In this document: piece by piece, positions 8,595 through 16,064 of the stretch
Layout: every line of letters begins with the position of its first letter
Position numbering within the stretch: the stretch's first letter is position 1
NCBI GenBank assembly: GCA_038227105.1
Contig: JBBRQB010000004.1
Span: 1 to 63,375 of the forward strand
DNA: 63,375 bases
Direction: 5' to 3'
Source of the DNA: Candidatus Limnocylindria bacterium
GTDB lineage: Bacteria > Chloroflexota > Limnocylindria > P2-11E
Notes under the pieces: generated by a model
What the model was told of the DNA's origin: nothing
Databases searched by the model: none
What the model saw: the letters and a program-made list of their open reading frames with translations, nothing else
Program-made: the position numbers and the translations under genes

Positions 8595-9644
8595 CTACGC
8601 GGGCTGCGGGACCTTCGGCGCCACGGCCATGAAGTTCGCCATGAGCTCCTCGAACTCAGGCGAGACGTACTGCTCGATGCCGCCGGTGTCCGCCAGGTGC
8701 GCGATCTCCGGGTCGATCGGGATGCGCGCCATGAGCGGTGCGTTCGCCGCGATGACGAGCTTGAGGCCCTGCGACGGTCCGAAGACCTCGTTTCGCGAGC
8801 CGTCGGGCATCTGCACGTACGCCATGTTCTCGACGACCCCGAGGATGTCGCCGCCGAGCTGCTTCACGAGACGGACGGCCTTCGTCACGACCATCGTCGC
8901 GAGTGCTTGCGGCGTCGTCACGAGCACCACGCCGGCGATCGGCAGCGCCTGCATCACGGTGAGCGGCGCGTCGCTCGTGCCCGGCGGCAGGTCGACGATG
9001 AGGTAGTCGAGCTCGCCCCACGCGACGTCGCTGAAGAACTGACGGATCGCACCGGAGACCATCGGACCACGCCAGATCACGGCCTCCTCCTCACCAGGCA
9101 GCAGGAGGTTCATCGACATGATAGGGATGCCGCCCTTGGAGTACGACGGCTTCAGCGTGTTCGGCCCCGCAACGCCGGGCTTCTCGCGCACGCCGAACAT
9201 GCGCGGGATGCTCGGACCGGTGATGTCGCCGTCGAGGATGCCGACGGAGAGGCCGCGCCGCCGAAGGCCGACAGCGAGGAGTCCGGCGACGAGCGACTTG
9301 CCCACACCGCCCTTGCCGGACATGACCGCGATGACGCTCTTGATGCCCTTCTGCTCGATCATGCCCTTGACCTTCATGCCGCCCCCGCCGGAGGCGACAG
9401 CGGTGGCCTCGGGCAGGCCGGTCGGTAGCTTTCCGGTCGAGGCGAAGGTGTTGAGATCGCGCAGGAGCTCATCAACATTGACGCGTCCGCCGCCATGGCC
9501 GGTCGCGCCCTGGAGCACCGACTCGCTCTTGCTGATCGCGCATGACGCGCACCCCAGGCCGTACCGGGCGAAGATCCGCGCCGTGTCGGGCCAGCGTTCG
9601 GTGACGGACGCAATGGTCATGTCGGGAGTGACGAGGTCGGCCAA
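8595..9644 (-). CDS. Mrp/NBP35 (ApbC) P-loop ATPase with N-terminal DUF1858-like CxxC domain
   Basis: SGKGGVGKS, DGDITGPSIP, WRGP, DLPPGT, VTTPQ, ENM; N-terminal GLGCASC. TATACT -10 and GAAGGAG SD lie upstream on the minus strand. Confidence 0.9.
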   Translation of the reverse strand: MADLVTPDMTIASVTERWPDTARIFARYGLGCASCAISKSESVLQGATGHGGGRVNVDELLRDLNTFASTGKLPTGLPEATAVASGGGGMKVKGMIEQKGIKSVIAVMSGKGGVGKSLVAGLLAVGLRRRGLSVGILDGDITGPSIPRMFGVREKPGVAGPNTLKPSYSKGGIPIMSMNLLLPGEEEAVIWRGPMVSGAIRQFFSDVAWGELDYLIVDLPPGTSDAPLTVMQALPIAGVVLVTTPQALATMVVTKAVRLVKQLGGDILGVVENMAYVQMPDGSRNEVFGPSQGLKLVIAANAPLMARIPIDPEIAHLADTGGIEQYVSPEFEELMANFMAVAPKVPQPA

Positions 9645-9699
9645 GAGCGGGGCTCCTTCAGGGGTTCGCTGATAAGAAGTATAGGTGGCGACGCGCCAA

Positions 9700-10650
9700 C
9701 TATCCCTTGAGCGGAAGCATCACGACGAAGCGAAGCGCCTTGGAAGCTGCCTCGCGGCGGTGGTCGAGGCGGCCGCCATGTCCCTCGATGATCATCCGCG
9801 CGAGCTCGACGCCGACGCCGCTCGGATCGTCACCGGTCATCGCGAGGAACGGACCGGCGCCCGCCGAGATAGTGAGCTTCGCGTTCCCGCCCTCGCGCCG
9901 CAGATCGAGCGTGACCTCGGACGAGCCGGCGCTGTTGCGCGCAGCCGCCAGCAGGCTCGAGACGGCCTGCCGCAGTCGCGCGTCATCGCCCTCGACGTTG
10001 AACGCTCCGGTCGAGAGCGTGAGCGGCATGCGAGGGCCACCCGTGGCGCGAGCGCGCAGCTCCTCGACGACGGCACGGATGTCGACGCCGCGGTGCTGCA
10101 GCCAGAGCTCACCCGACTGCAGCTGGCCCAGCGATACGAAGTCGCGGCTGAGGAATTCGAGATCCTGCGCGCGCTCGATGAGCGGCTGCAGCTGCACCGC
10201 GGTCGCACCGCCGCCCTGCTGCAACGACCGAAGACCAGTCGCTAGGTCGTGTCCCGGGCCGGCGAGCTCGTGCTCGAGGACGCGCATGAAGTGGGAGCGG
10301 TCACGATCGACCTTGCGCAGCCGTTCCCGCTCGCGGTGCACCAGGTCGAGGAGCCACGCCGAGAGGACGAAGAGGAACAGTCGGCTCGACGCGTTCCAGA
10401 GGGTCGGCCAGATCGTGCTGAGACGTGATTGGGCCGCGTCGGCGCAGAGCCATGCAAGCCCGCTCGCTACGGCGACGATGAGCCCTGGCCCGCGTCCAAG
10501 GAGCCACGCCGCCGGGACGACGGCGATCAGGTAGAAGAATCCGAAGCCGTACTCCGGCCCCGTGTAGAGGTCGAGGATGAAGATCAGGAGCACGAGCGCG
10601 AGCCAGCCGAGTGTTCCGGTCACGACCCCCGACGTGATGCGTGCGCGCAC
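9700..10650 (-). CDS. DUF4118-like membrane sensor with degenerate histidine-kinase core
   Basis: Four N-terminal TM helices and the H-box His (VLEHELAGP); N-box Asn and G1 Asp are absent. Start GTG 10650 is inferred. Confidence 0.7.
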   Translation of the reverse strand: MRARITSGVVTGTLGWLALVLLIFILDLYTGPEYGFGFFYLIAVVPAAWLLGRGPGLIVAVASGLAWLCADAAQSRLSTIWPTLWNASSRLFLFVLSAWLLDLVHRERERLRKVDRDRSHFMRVLEHELAGPGHDLATGLRSLQQGGGATAVQLQPLIERAQDLEFLSRDFVSLGQLQSGELWLQHRGVDIRAVVEELRARATGGPRMPLTLSTGAFNVEGDDARLRQAVSSLLAAARNSAGSSEVTLDLRREGGNAKLTISAGAGPFLAMTGDDPSGVGVELARMIIEGHGGRLDHRREAASKALRFVVMLPLKG

Positions 10651-10792
10651 GGGATAATCGTGCCCACGTTGCCCATCGCGCACATCATCAAAATGGATGA
10701 GGCGCGGCGTCCGATGGTCCTCTGTGCTGAAGATCAACTCACGCGTGTCATGTCGATCGCGCGTTCAGCGAAGCTTGACGCTGCTGAGTCGC

Positions 10793-11515
10793 CTAGATCC
10801 CGGTCACCAGCCGCGTCACGATGAAGATGAAGGCTGCGCCGATGACCGTTCCCGCCATGACGAGATCACCACGACCCTTGCGGTGCGCCTCCGGCAAGAG
10901 CTCCGCAGCGCCGACGTAGAGGAAGAAGCCCACGAACGATCCGAGGATCGCGCCCAAGAGCGGGCCTTCGATGGTGAGGAAGAGCGCGACGATCGCGCCG
11001 ACGACCGGTGCGGCCGCGTCGATCAACAACCAGCGGAATGCAGTGGCCCGGGTCGCGCCGTTCGCGAGCAGAACGCTGACCGTGGCGATGCCGTCGGAGA
11101 AATCATGCAGGACAACGACGACGGCAACGATGATCCCGAGCTCGACGCTGGCGTGGAACGAGGCACCGACGGCGACGCCGTCGAGGAAGCTGTGGACGGA
11201 CATCCCTCCTGCGCCGAGCGCCCCCACGTGCTCGTGCCGCTCGACCGGGTGCCCGGCCTCGTGTCCGACGTGCAGGAGCGTGATGCGCTCCAGCAGGTAG
11301 AACGCGAGAAAGCCGATCCCGGCGAACAACATGGCGTTGTCGATCGAGCCGATCTCGCGCGCAGACTCCGGGGCGAGGTCGAAGAACGCCGCGCCGATGC
11401 GCACGCCGGCACCCAGCGCGATGACCAGACCGAGCTGCTTCGTGCTGCGCAGCGCGACGATGCCACCGGCCAGCGTCGAAAAGAAGGTCGCCGCGACGAC
11501 CGCAAAGACGGCCAT
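10793..11515 (-). CDS. ZIP (ZupT-like) zinc/divalent metal transporter
   Basis: HSFLDG and LHDFSDG TM4/TM5 motifs, His-rich loop (HVGHEAGHPVERHEH), ELLPEAH. Confidence 0.92.
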   Translation of the reverse strand: MAVFAVVAATFFSTLAGGIVALRSTKQLGLVIALGAGVRIGAAFFDLAPESAREIGSIDNAMLFAGIGFLAFYLLERITLLHVGHEAGHPVERHEHVGALGAGGMSVHSFLDGVAVGASFHASVELGIIVAVVVVLHDFSDGIATVSVLLANGATRATAFRWLLIDAAAPVVGAIVALFLTIEGPLLGAILGSFVGFFLYVGAAELLPEAHRKGRGDLVMAGTVIGAAFIFIVTRLVTGI

Positions 11516-11525
11516 TCCTGCCCCC

Positions 11526-11546
11526 TATCGAGAACTATTGTCAATC
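11526..11546. promoter_or_regulatory. Candidate Zur box
   Basis: Minus strand GATTGACAATAGTTCTCGATA, a 21-bp imperfect palindrome of the TTGAnAAT-N-RTTnTCnA type, 10 nt upstream of the ZIP ATG. Confidence 0.65.
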
Positions 11547-11567
11547 TATGGCGAAAGAGAGCGGTCT

Positions 11568-12068
11568 GTGCGGCAGCTGCCGGAAACGCGGGCGCTAGCG
11601 ACGGCGCTCGGGGCGCTCCTGCTGATCGGGATCGCCACGAGCTGCTCGGCCACTTCGGTATCCACACGGCCCTCCCGGACTGCGCCGACCGCCTTCGTGA
11701 TCCCGACCAGCCTGTCGAACGGCCGCATCGAGCTGACGATCGCGCCGGCCTATCCGATCGGCGCGACCCTCACCGTCCCGATCGCCATCGTCGCGACGCG
11801 TGGGTCGATCGCAGGCCCGCTGACGGCCCGGATCATGGCGAGCGGCATCAATGAGAAGGGCGCACCGGCCGAGGTGCTCGTGCGCGAGCTCAGCGTCACG
11901 CCGGCGACCGCGACCGCCGGCCGCGCATCGACCTCCGTCGCCTGGGATACGCGGGATCTCAAGGGTGTGCTCGTCCCCGCGGATGCGTACTCGCTCGTCC
12001 TCGAATTCCGTTCCACCGATGGCGCCGTGATGACCGCGATCGCCGGCGCGACGCTGGAGCTCCGCTAG
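11568..12068 (+). CDS. Putative lipoprotein with FlgD-Ig-like C-terminal motif
   Basis: Hydrophobic signal ending in the lipobox-like IATSC; VAWDTRDLKGVLVPADAYSLVL resembles the FlgD_Ig W-D-x-R-D...G...VP...Y motif. Confidence 0.65.
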   Translation: MRQLPETRALATALGALLLIGIATSCSATSVSTRPSRTAPTAFVIPTSLSNGRIELTIAPAYPIGATLTVPIAIVATRGSIAGPLTARIMASGINEKGAPAEVLVRELSVTPATATAGRASTSVAWDTRDLKGVLVPADAYSLVLEFRSTDGAVMTAIAGATLELR

Positions 12069-13168
12069 ACCGGCTTACGCCCCACGAGCCCCACCGCGAC
12101 TGCCGTCGTGATCGGCACACAAAGGACGAGTCCGATGCTGGCGACCAGCACCGCGATGATCGAGCCGACGATGGTCTCGCTGTTCAGGGACACCGAGAGC
12201 GGTAGGTTCCCGAGCGACAGCAACACGATCAGCGGCATCGAACCGCCGAAGTACGCGAGCGCGAGCGTGTTCACGAGCGAGCCGATGTGGTCGCGGCCGA
12301 CATTGAGCGCGCTCGCGTAGAGGCGCGCGCCGCGCATCTCCTCGTGCGCACCGGCGAGCTCGAATGTCGCTGAGGCCTGGCCGATGCCCATGTCGACGAG
12401 GGCCCCGAGCGATCCGACGACGATGCCGGCGAGGACCAGACGGTGCATGTCGATCCGCCCGCCCGAGCCGATCGCGAGGAAAACGGCTTCCTCGGATCCG
12501 AGCCCGGTGACGCGTGCGACCGCGAGCGTCACCGCTCCGAGGATCACCACCATGACCAGGCAGGTTGCTGTGCCGACAAGCGCCGCGAGGCTCTTGCGAT
12601 TGAGCCCGTGGACCACGAAGACGGTGACGCCGAGGACGGCGACCGCCCCGGCGAGCGTCGCCGCGAGCGGATCCTCGCCGCGCTGGACCGCGGGCACGAT
12701 CGCGAACAGGAACACCATGATGCTGCCGGCGAGGCCGGCGAGCGACGCCAGTCCCTTCCACCGCGCCACCGCGACGAGCGCGATCACGAGGATGACCGCG
12801 AATGGGGCGAGCGACGGGAGGCGCACGACCTCCTGGATCGCGTACTGGCGGACGTTGCCGTCACCCCGCGTCTGCGTCACGAGCACGCGGTCGCCCGCCG
12901 CGAGCAGACCGTTCGCGTTCAGCGCGTTCTGACCGCCCCACTCGAGCGTGACGCGGTCGCCGCGATAGAGGCCGCCGTCGAGCTCGATCTCGAGGACCTG
13001 GAACGGCTGACCCGGCAGGCCAGGCTGCCCGGCGCTCCGGACACCCTGCGACGAAACGCGCACGACGTGCGCGTCGATGACGCTCGACACCCTGCCGGTA
13101 TTCACGTCGGCGCAGCCCGAGAGCGACACGGCCGCGAGCAGCACGAACATCAGGCGCAGCACGCTCAT
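12065..13168 (-). CDS. YibE/F family membrane protein
   Basis: G-x-I-x-GSLGALVD-x-GIGQAS, GRDHIGSLVNTLALAYFG and E-x-IV motifs; N-terminal LSGC lipobox-like sequence. Confidence 0.9.
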   Translation of the reverse strand: MSVLRLMFVLLAAVSLSGCADVNTGRVSSVIDAHVVRVSSQGVRSAGQPGLPGQPFQVLEIELDGGLYRGDRVTLEWGGQNALNANGLLAAGDRVLVTQTRGDGNVRQYAIQEVVRLPSLAPFAVILVIALVAVARWKGLASLAGLAGSIMVFLFAIVPAVQRGEDPLAATLAGAVAVLGVTVFVVHGLNRKSLAALVGTATCLVMVVILGAVTLAVARVTGLGSEEAVFLAIGSGGRIDMHRLVLAGIVVGSLGALVDMGIGQASATFELAGAHEEMRGARLYASALNVGRDHIGSLVNTLALAYFGGSMPLIVLLSLGNLPLSVSLNSETIVGSIIAVLVASIGLVLCVPITTAVAVGLVGRKPV

Positions 13169-13992
13169 ACGCCGAGCAACCCTTGGGCCGCGAGCCGGAG
13201 CGCGACAATGACGAGGGCCACGGCAAGGATCCGCACGATCAGCGCTCCACGGACGCGGCGGCTAAGCCGCGCACCCACTTGAGCGCCACCGACGGCACCC
13301 AGACCGATGAGGACCGCGCGCGGCCACGTCGTGTCGAGGTCGCCCGCGAGGATGTGGGTCACCGTTCCCACGCTGGCCATGACGGCAAGGACGAAGTGCG
13401 AGGTGGCCGTCGCGATGTGCACCGGGAACCCGAGCACCGCAATGAGCGCGGGCACGTGGATGAAGCCGCCGCCGATCCCCAACAGGCTCGACGCGAAGCC
13501 GATGACGAATGAGATCGCAATGCCGAGCGGCAGCTCGACGTGGTACCGGTGCACCGTTCCCTCCGCGTCGGTGAGCTCCCGGTGGACCCGGCCCCAGGCG
13601 CGCCCCTCCGGGGCCGGCGGACCTGTATCCGGCCGGGTCCGGACGACGAGCAGCGCGAGGGCGAAGAGGACGAGTGCGAATGCCAGGTCGAACGGACCAC
13701 GAGGTATGGAACGCGCCAGGAGGGCGCCCGCAACGCTCCCGGGGAGGGTGGCGATCGCGAACAGGATCCCCGAACGCAGGTCGATGCGTCGCTGGCGGCC
13801 ATAGGCGATGGCGCCGCTCGTCGCATTCGCCGCGACGACCGCGAGCGAAGTGGCCGTCAGCGCGCCGGTGGGCTCGAGCGGATAGAGGATCGCGAGGACC
13901 GGCAGCAGGATGAATCCGCCGCCCGCGCCGATGAGCGTGCCGAGCGTTCCGATGGCGATGCCGAGCGCGATGAAGCCGGCCGACTCGAGCAC
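13165..13992 (-). CDS. TSUP (TauE/SafE sulfite-exporter family) membrane transporter
   Basis: Duplicated G-x-GGG motifs (GAGGGF, GIGGGF) and ATATS. Candidate leaderless promoter CATACT-N6-GTG. Confidence 0.9.
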   Translation of the reverse strand: MLESAGFIALGIAIGTLGTLIGAGGGFILLPVLAILYPLEPTGALTATSLAVVAANATSGAIAYGRQRRIDLRSGILFAIATLPGSVAGALLARSIPRGPFDLAFALVLFALALLVVRTRPDTGPPAPEGRAWGRVHRELTDAEGTVHRYHVELPLGIAISFVIGFASSLLGIGGGFIHVPALIAVLGFPVHIATATSHFVLAVMASVGTVTHILAGDLDTTWPRAVLIGLGAVGGAQVGARLSRRVRGALIVRILAVALVIVALRLAAQGLLGV

Positions 13993-14043
13993 CCCAGAAG
14001 TATGGGCAATGACGCGGTCATACGTGTCATGTCACGCGCGCCC

Positions 14044-14949
14044 CTAGCGCGCGCCGAAGAGCAGCTCCTGGAGATCGGGCAGTGCGCTGCCGATGCCGGC
14101 GATGAAGAACAGACCGATGACGAGGCTCGAAAGACCCGCGATCGCACCAACGACAACGTACACGGTGCGAAGGCGCTGCGCACCGATGAAACCGGTGGCG
14201 CTCACGACGGCGACGAGGGTGTTGGAGATCAGCAATCCGACGATGAATGCCATAAGGATCACGATCCCCTGCGTACCGGTGACGCCCGCGACGCCCGCGA
14301 GCAGGAGCGCCTGCGATCCGGTCTCCGCCCCGATCCCGTGGATCATGCCCACGCCGAACGCGGTCTTCGGACCGTACTGCGACGCGTGGGCGATCGGCTC
14401 GTGCTGGTGACCGTGGATCCGAGCCTGCAGCCGGTCCCACGCGTACCGCACACCATCGAAGACGAGCATCCAGCGGCTGCGCATGCGGAATTCACCGCTG
14501 CCGCGCACGTACTGGAAGACCGAGATGATGACCCAAACGCCGAGGAGCACGAGCGTGACGCCGACGACGCGCTGGAGGATCGCGTCGACCCACTCGGGCA
14601 GGATCGCGCCGAGGGCCAGCGCAAGGACGCCGAGGGCGAGCACGACGCTCGCGTGACCGAGCGCGTACAGGCTCGCGAGCGCGATCGCGTGACGCTGCTC
14701 GTGCGCGAAGCGCGACTCCGACAGGACGTGCATCGTGCTCGCGCTCGCGTGCGAGTGATCGTGCTCCGCCGGGCCTTCATCGTGGGCGTGCGGCGGCATC
14801 GGAGCGATGGCCGGTACATCCTCGTCGGCGTGCGACGCGGTCGTGGTGCTCGTGATGTCGGTGATCGCGGCGATGTGATCCCAGTCGAAGCCGTGCCGGA
14901 AGCCGAGCACGACCATGCCCGCAAGCAACCCGAGCAGCGTCAGATCCAT
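14044..14949 (-). CDS. NiCoT/HoxN-NixA-like nickel/cobalt transporter
   Basis: RHGFDWDH (variant of the NiCoT RHAFDADH motif), His-rich loop HAHDEGPAEHDHSH, LGH, G-x-IHGIGAET. Confidence 0.88.
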   Translation of the reverse strand: MDLTLLGLLAGMVVLGFRHGFDWDHIAAITDITSTTTASHADEDVPAIAPMPPHAHDEGPAEHDHSHASASTMHVLSESRFAHEQRHAIALASLYALGHASVVLALGVLALALGAILPEWVDAILQRVVGVTLVLLGVWVIISVFQYVRGSGEFRMRSRWMLVFDGVRYAWDRLQARIHGHQHEPIAHASQYGPKTAFGVGMIHGIGAETGSQALLLAGVAGVTGTQGIVILMAFIVGLLISNTLVAVVSATGFIGAQRLRTVYVVVGAIAGLSSLVIGLFFIAGIGSALPDLQELLFGAR

Positions 14950-14962
14950 TCCGCGTGCGAGC

Positions 14963-15008
14963 CTATCGCAACTTGTGGCGATAGCGGGCTGTTGCGATAC
15001 GTTCGCGA
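14963..15008. promoter_or_regulatory. Two candidate Nur/Fur-family operators between the NiCoT gene and the regulator
   Basis: Inverted repeat CTATCGC-N8-GCGATAG (14963-14984) and TTGCGA-N5-TCGCGA (14992-15008). Confidence 0.55.
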
Positions 15009-15026
15009 TTGCGGCAGGCTGGCGTC

Positions 15027-15449
15027 ATGACCCTGCAGGATGCGCTGCGGTCCAGCGGCAAGCGGATGACCGTGCAGCGCCGCCTCGTGCTCGATGCCGT
15101 GCGGCACGCGCGCCATCACGTCACGGCGGAGGAGATCGCGAAGCGCGTCCGCGCGAAACACCCGCAGATCGACGCCTCGACGGTGTATCGGAACCTCCAG
15201 GCGCTTGAGGAGCTGGGTGAAGTGATCCACACCCACCTCGATGACCGCGTGACGCGCTGGCACCGCGCCGACAGCCACCCGCACGGCCATCTCATCTGCC
15301 TCACCTGCGGCAGCGAGACGGAGGTGAAGCCGGTCGCGCTCGCGGCGATGGCCAAGCGCCTTCGGGACGAGCACGGGTTCGACGCCGACCTGGCACATTC
15401 GGCGATCGTGGGAATCTGCCGACAGTGCAGGCTCGTACCCTCTCAGTAG
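15027..15449 (+). CDS. nur: Fur-family regulator, Nur-like (nickel-responsive)
   Basis: STVYRNL HTH; H31, H68, H70, H84, H86, H88 and H124 match the spacing of Streptomyces Nur H33/H70/H72/H86/H88/H90/H126 as recalled; two CxxC motifs; divergent from NiCoT. Confidence 0.75.
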   Translation: MTLQDALRSSGKRMTVQRRLVLDAVRHARHHVTAEEIAKRVRAKHPQIDASTVYRNLQALEELGEVIHTHLDDRVTRWHRADSHPHGHLICLTCGSETEVKPVALAAMAKRLRDEHGFDADLAHSAIVGICRQCRLVPSQ

Positions 15450-15479
15450 TGCGCCGGGTGTGCGCGTGAGGAGGTCTCA

Positions 15480-16064
15480 ATGACACGCCTGCGATCGATC
15501 GCCGCGGCCATCGTCGTGGTCGTTGCGTCACTCGGCATCTTCGCGAGCCCCGCGGTGGCGCACGAGCGCCGCACCGTCGGCCCGTACACGTTCGTCGTCG
15601 GCTGGAGCGTTGAGCCGGCGTACGTGAACCAGCTCAACGCGCTCGCGCTCAAGGTGACCGAGACCGCGACGACGAAAGCGGTCGAGGGTCTCGACAAATC
15701 GCTGAAGATCGACGTCGTGTTCGGCGGGGCATCGGCGGTCAAGCCGCTCACGCTCGAGGCGCTGTTCGGACAGCCCGGCACATACGAAGCGCAGGTGGTG
15801 CCGACCAAGACCGGGGACTACGCGTTCCATATCACCGGAACGATCGGGACGACCCCGATCGACCAAAAGTTCGAGTCCGGCCCCGGCCGGTTCGACGGGG
15901 TCGAGGACATCACACCATTGCAGTTCCCGAACGCCATTCCATCGAGCAGCGACCTCGCAGCGAAGCTCGACGACGCGAACACGAAGCTGACGATCGCGAT
16001 CGTGATCGCCGGAGGCGCTCTCGTGCTCTCCGTCGTTTCGCTCGCCATGGCCCGGCGCCGTTGA
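15480..16064 (+). CDS. Secreted, C-terminally anchored protein with mature N-terminal His (candidate Cu-binding)
   Basis: GAGGAGG SD; signal peptide ending AVA then HERRTVG; C-terminal TM helix followed by RRR. Confidence 0.8.
   Translation: MTRLRSIAAAIVVVVASLGIFASPAVAHERRTVGPYTFVVGWSVEPAYVNQLNALALKVTETATTKAVEGLDKSLKIDVVFGGASAVKPLTLEALFGQPGTYEAQVVPTKTGDYAFHITGTIGTTPIDQKFESGPGRFDGVEDITPLQFPNAIPSSSDLAAKLDDANTKLTIAIVIAGGALVLSVVSLAMARRR

Noticed and set aside
10744-14033. Identical 11-mer CGTGTCATGTC in two intergenic regions (10744-10754 and 14023-14033)
   Set aside because: About one such match is expected by chance among the intergenic sequence of a GC-rich window; no symmetry or consistent promoter position.
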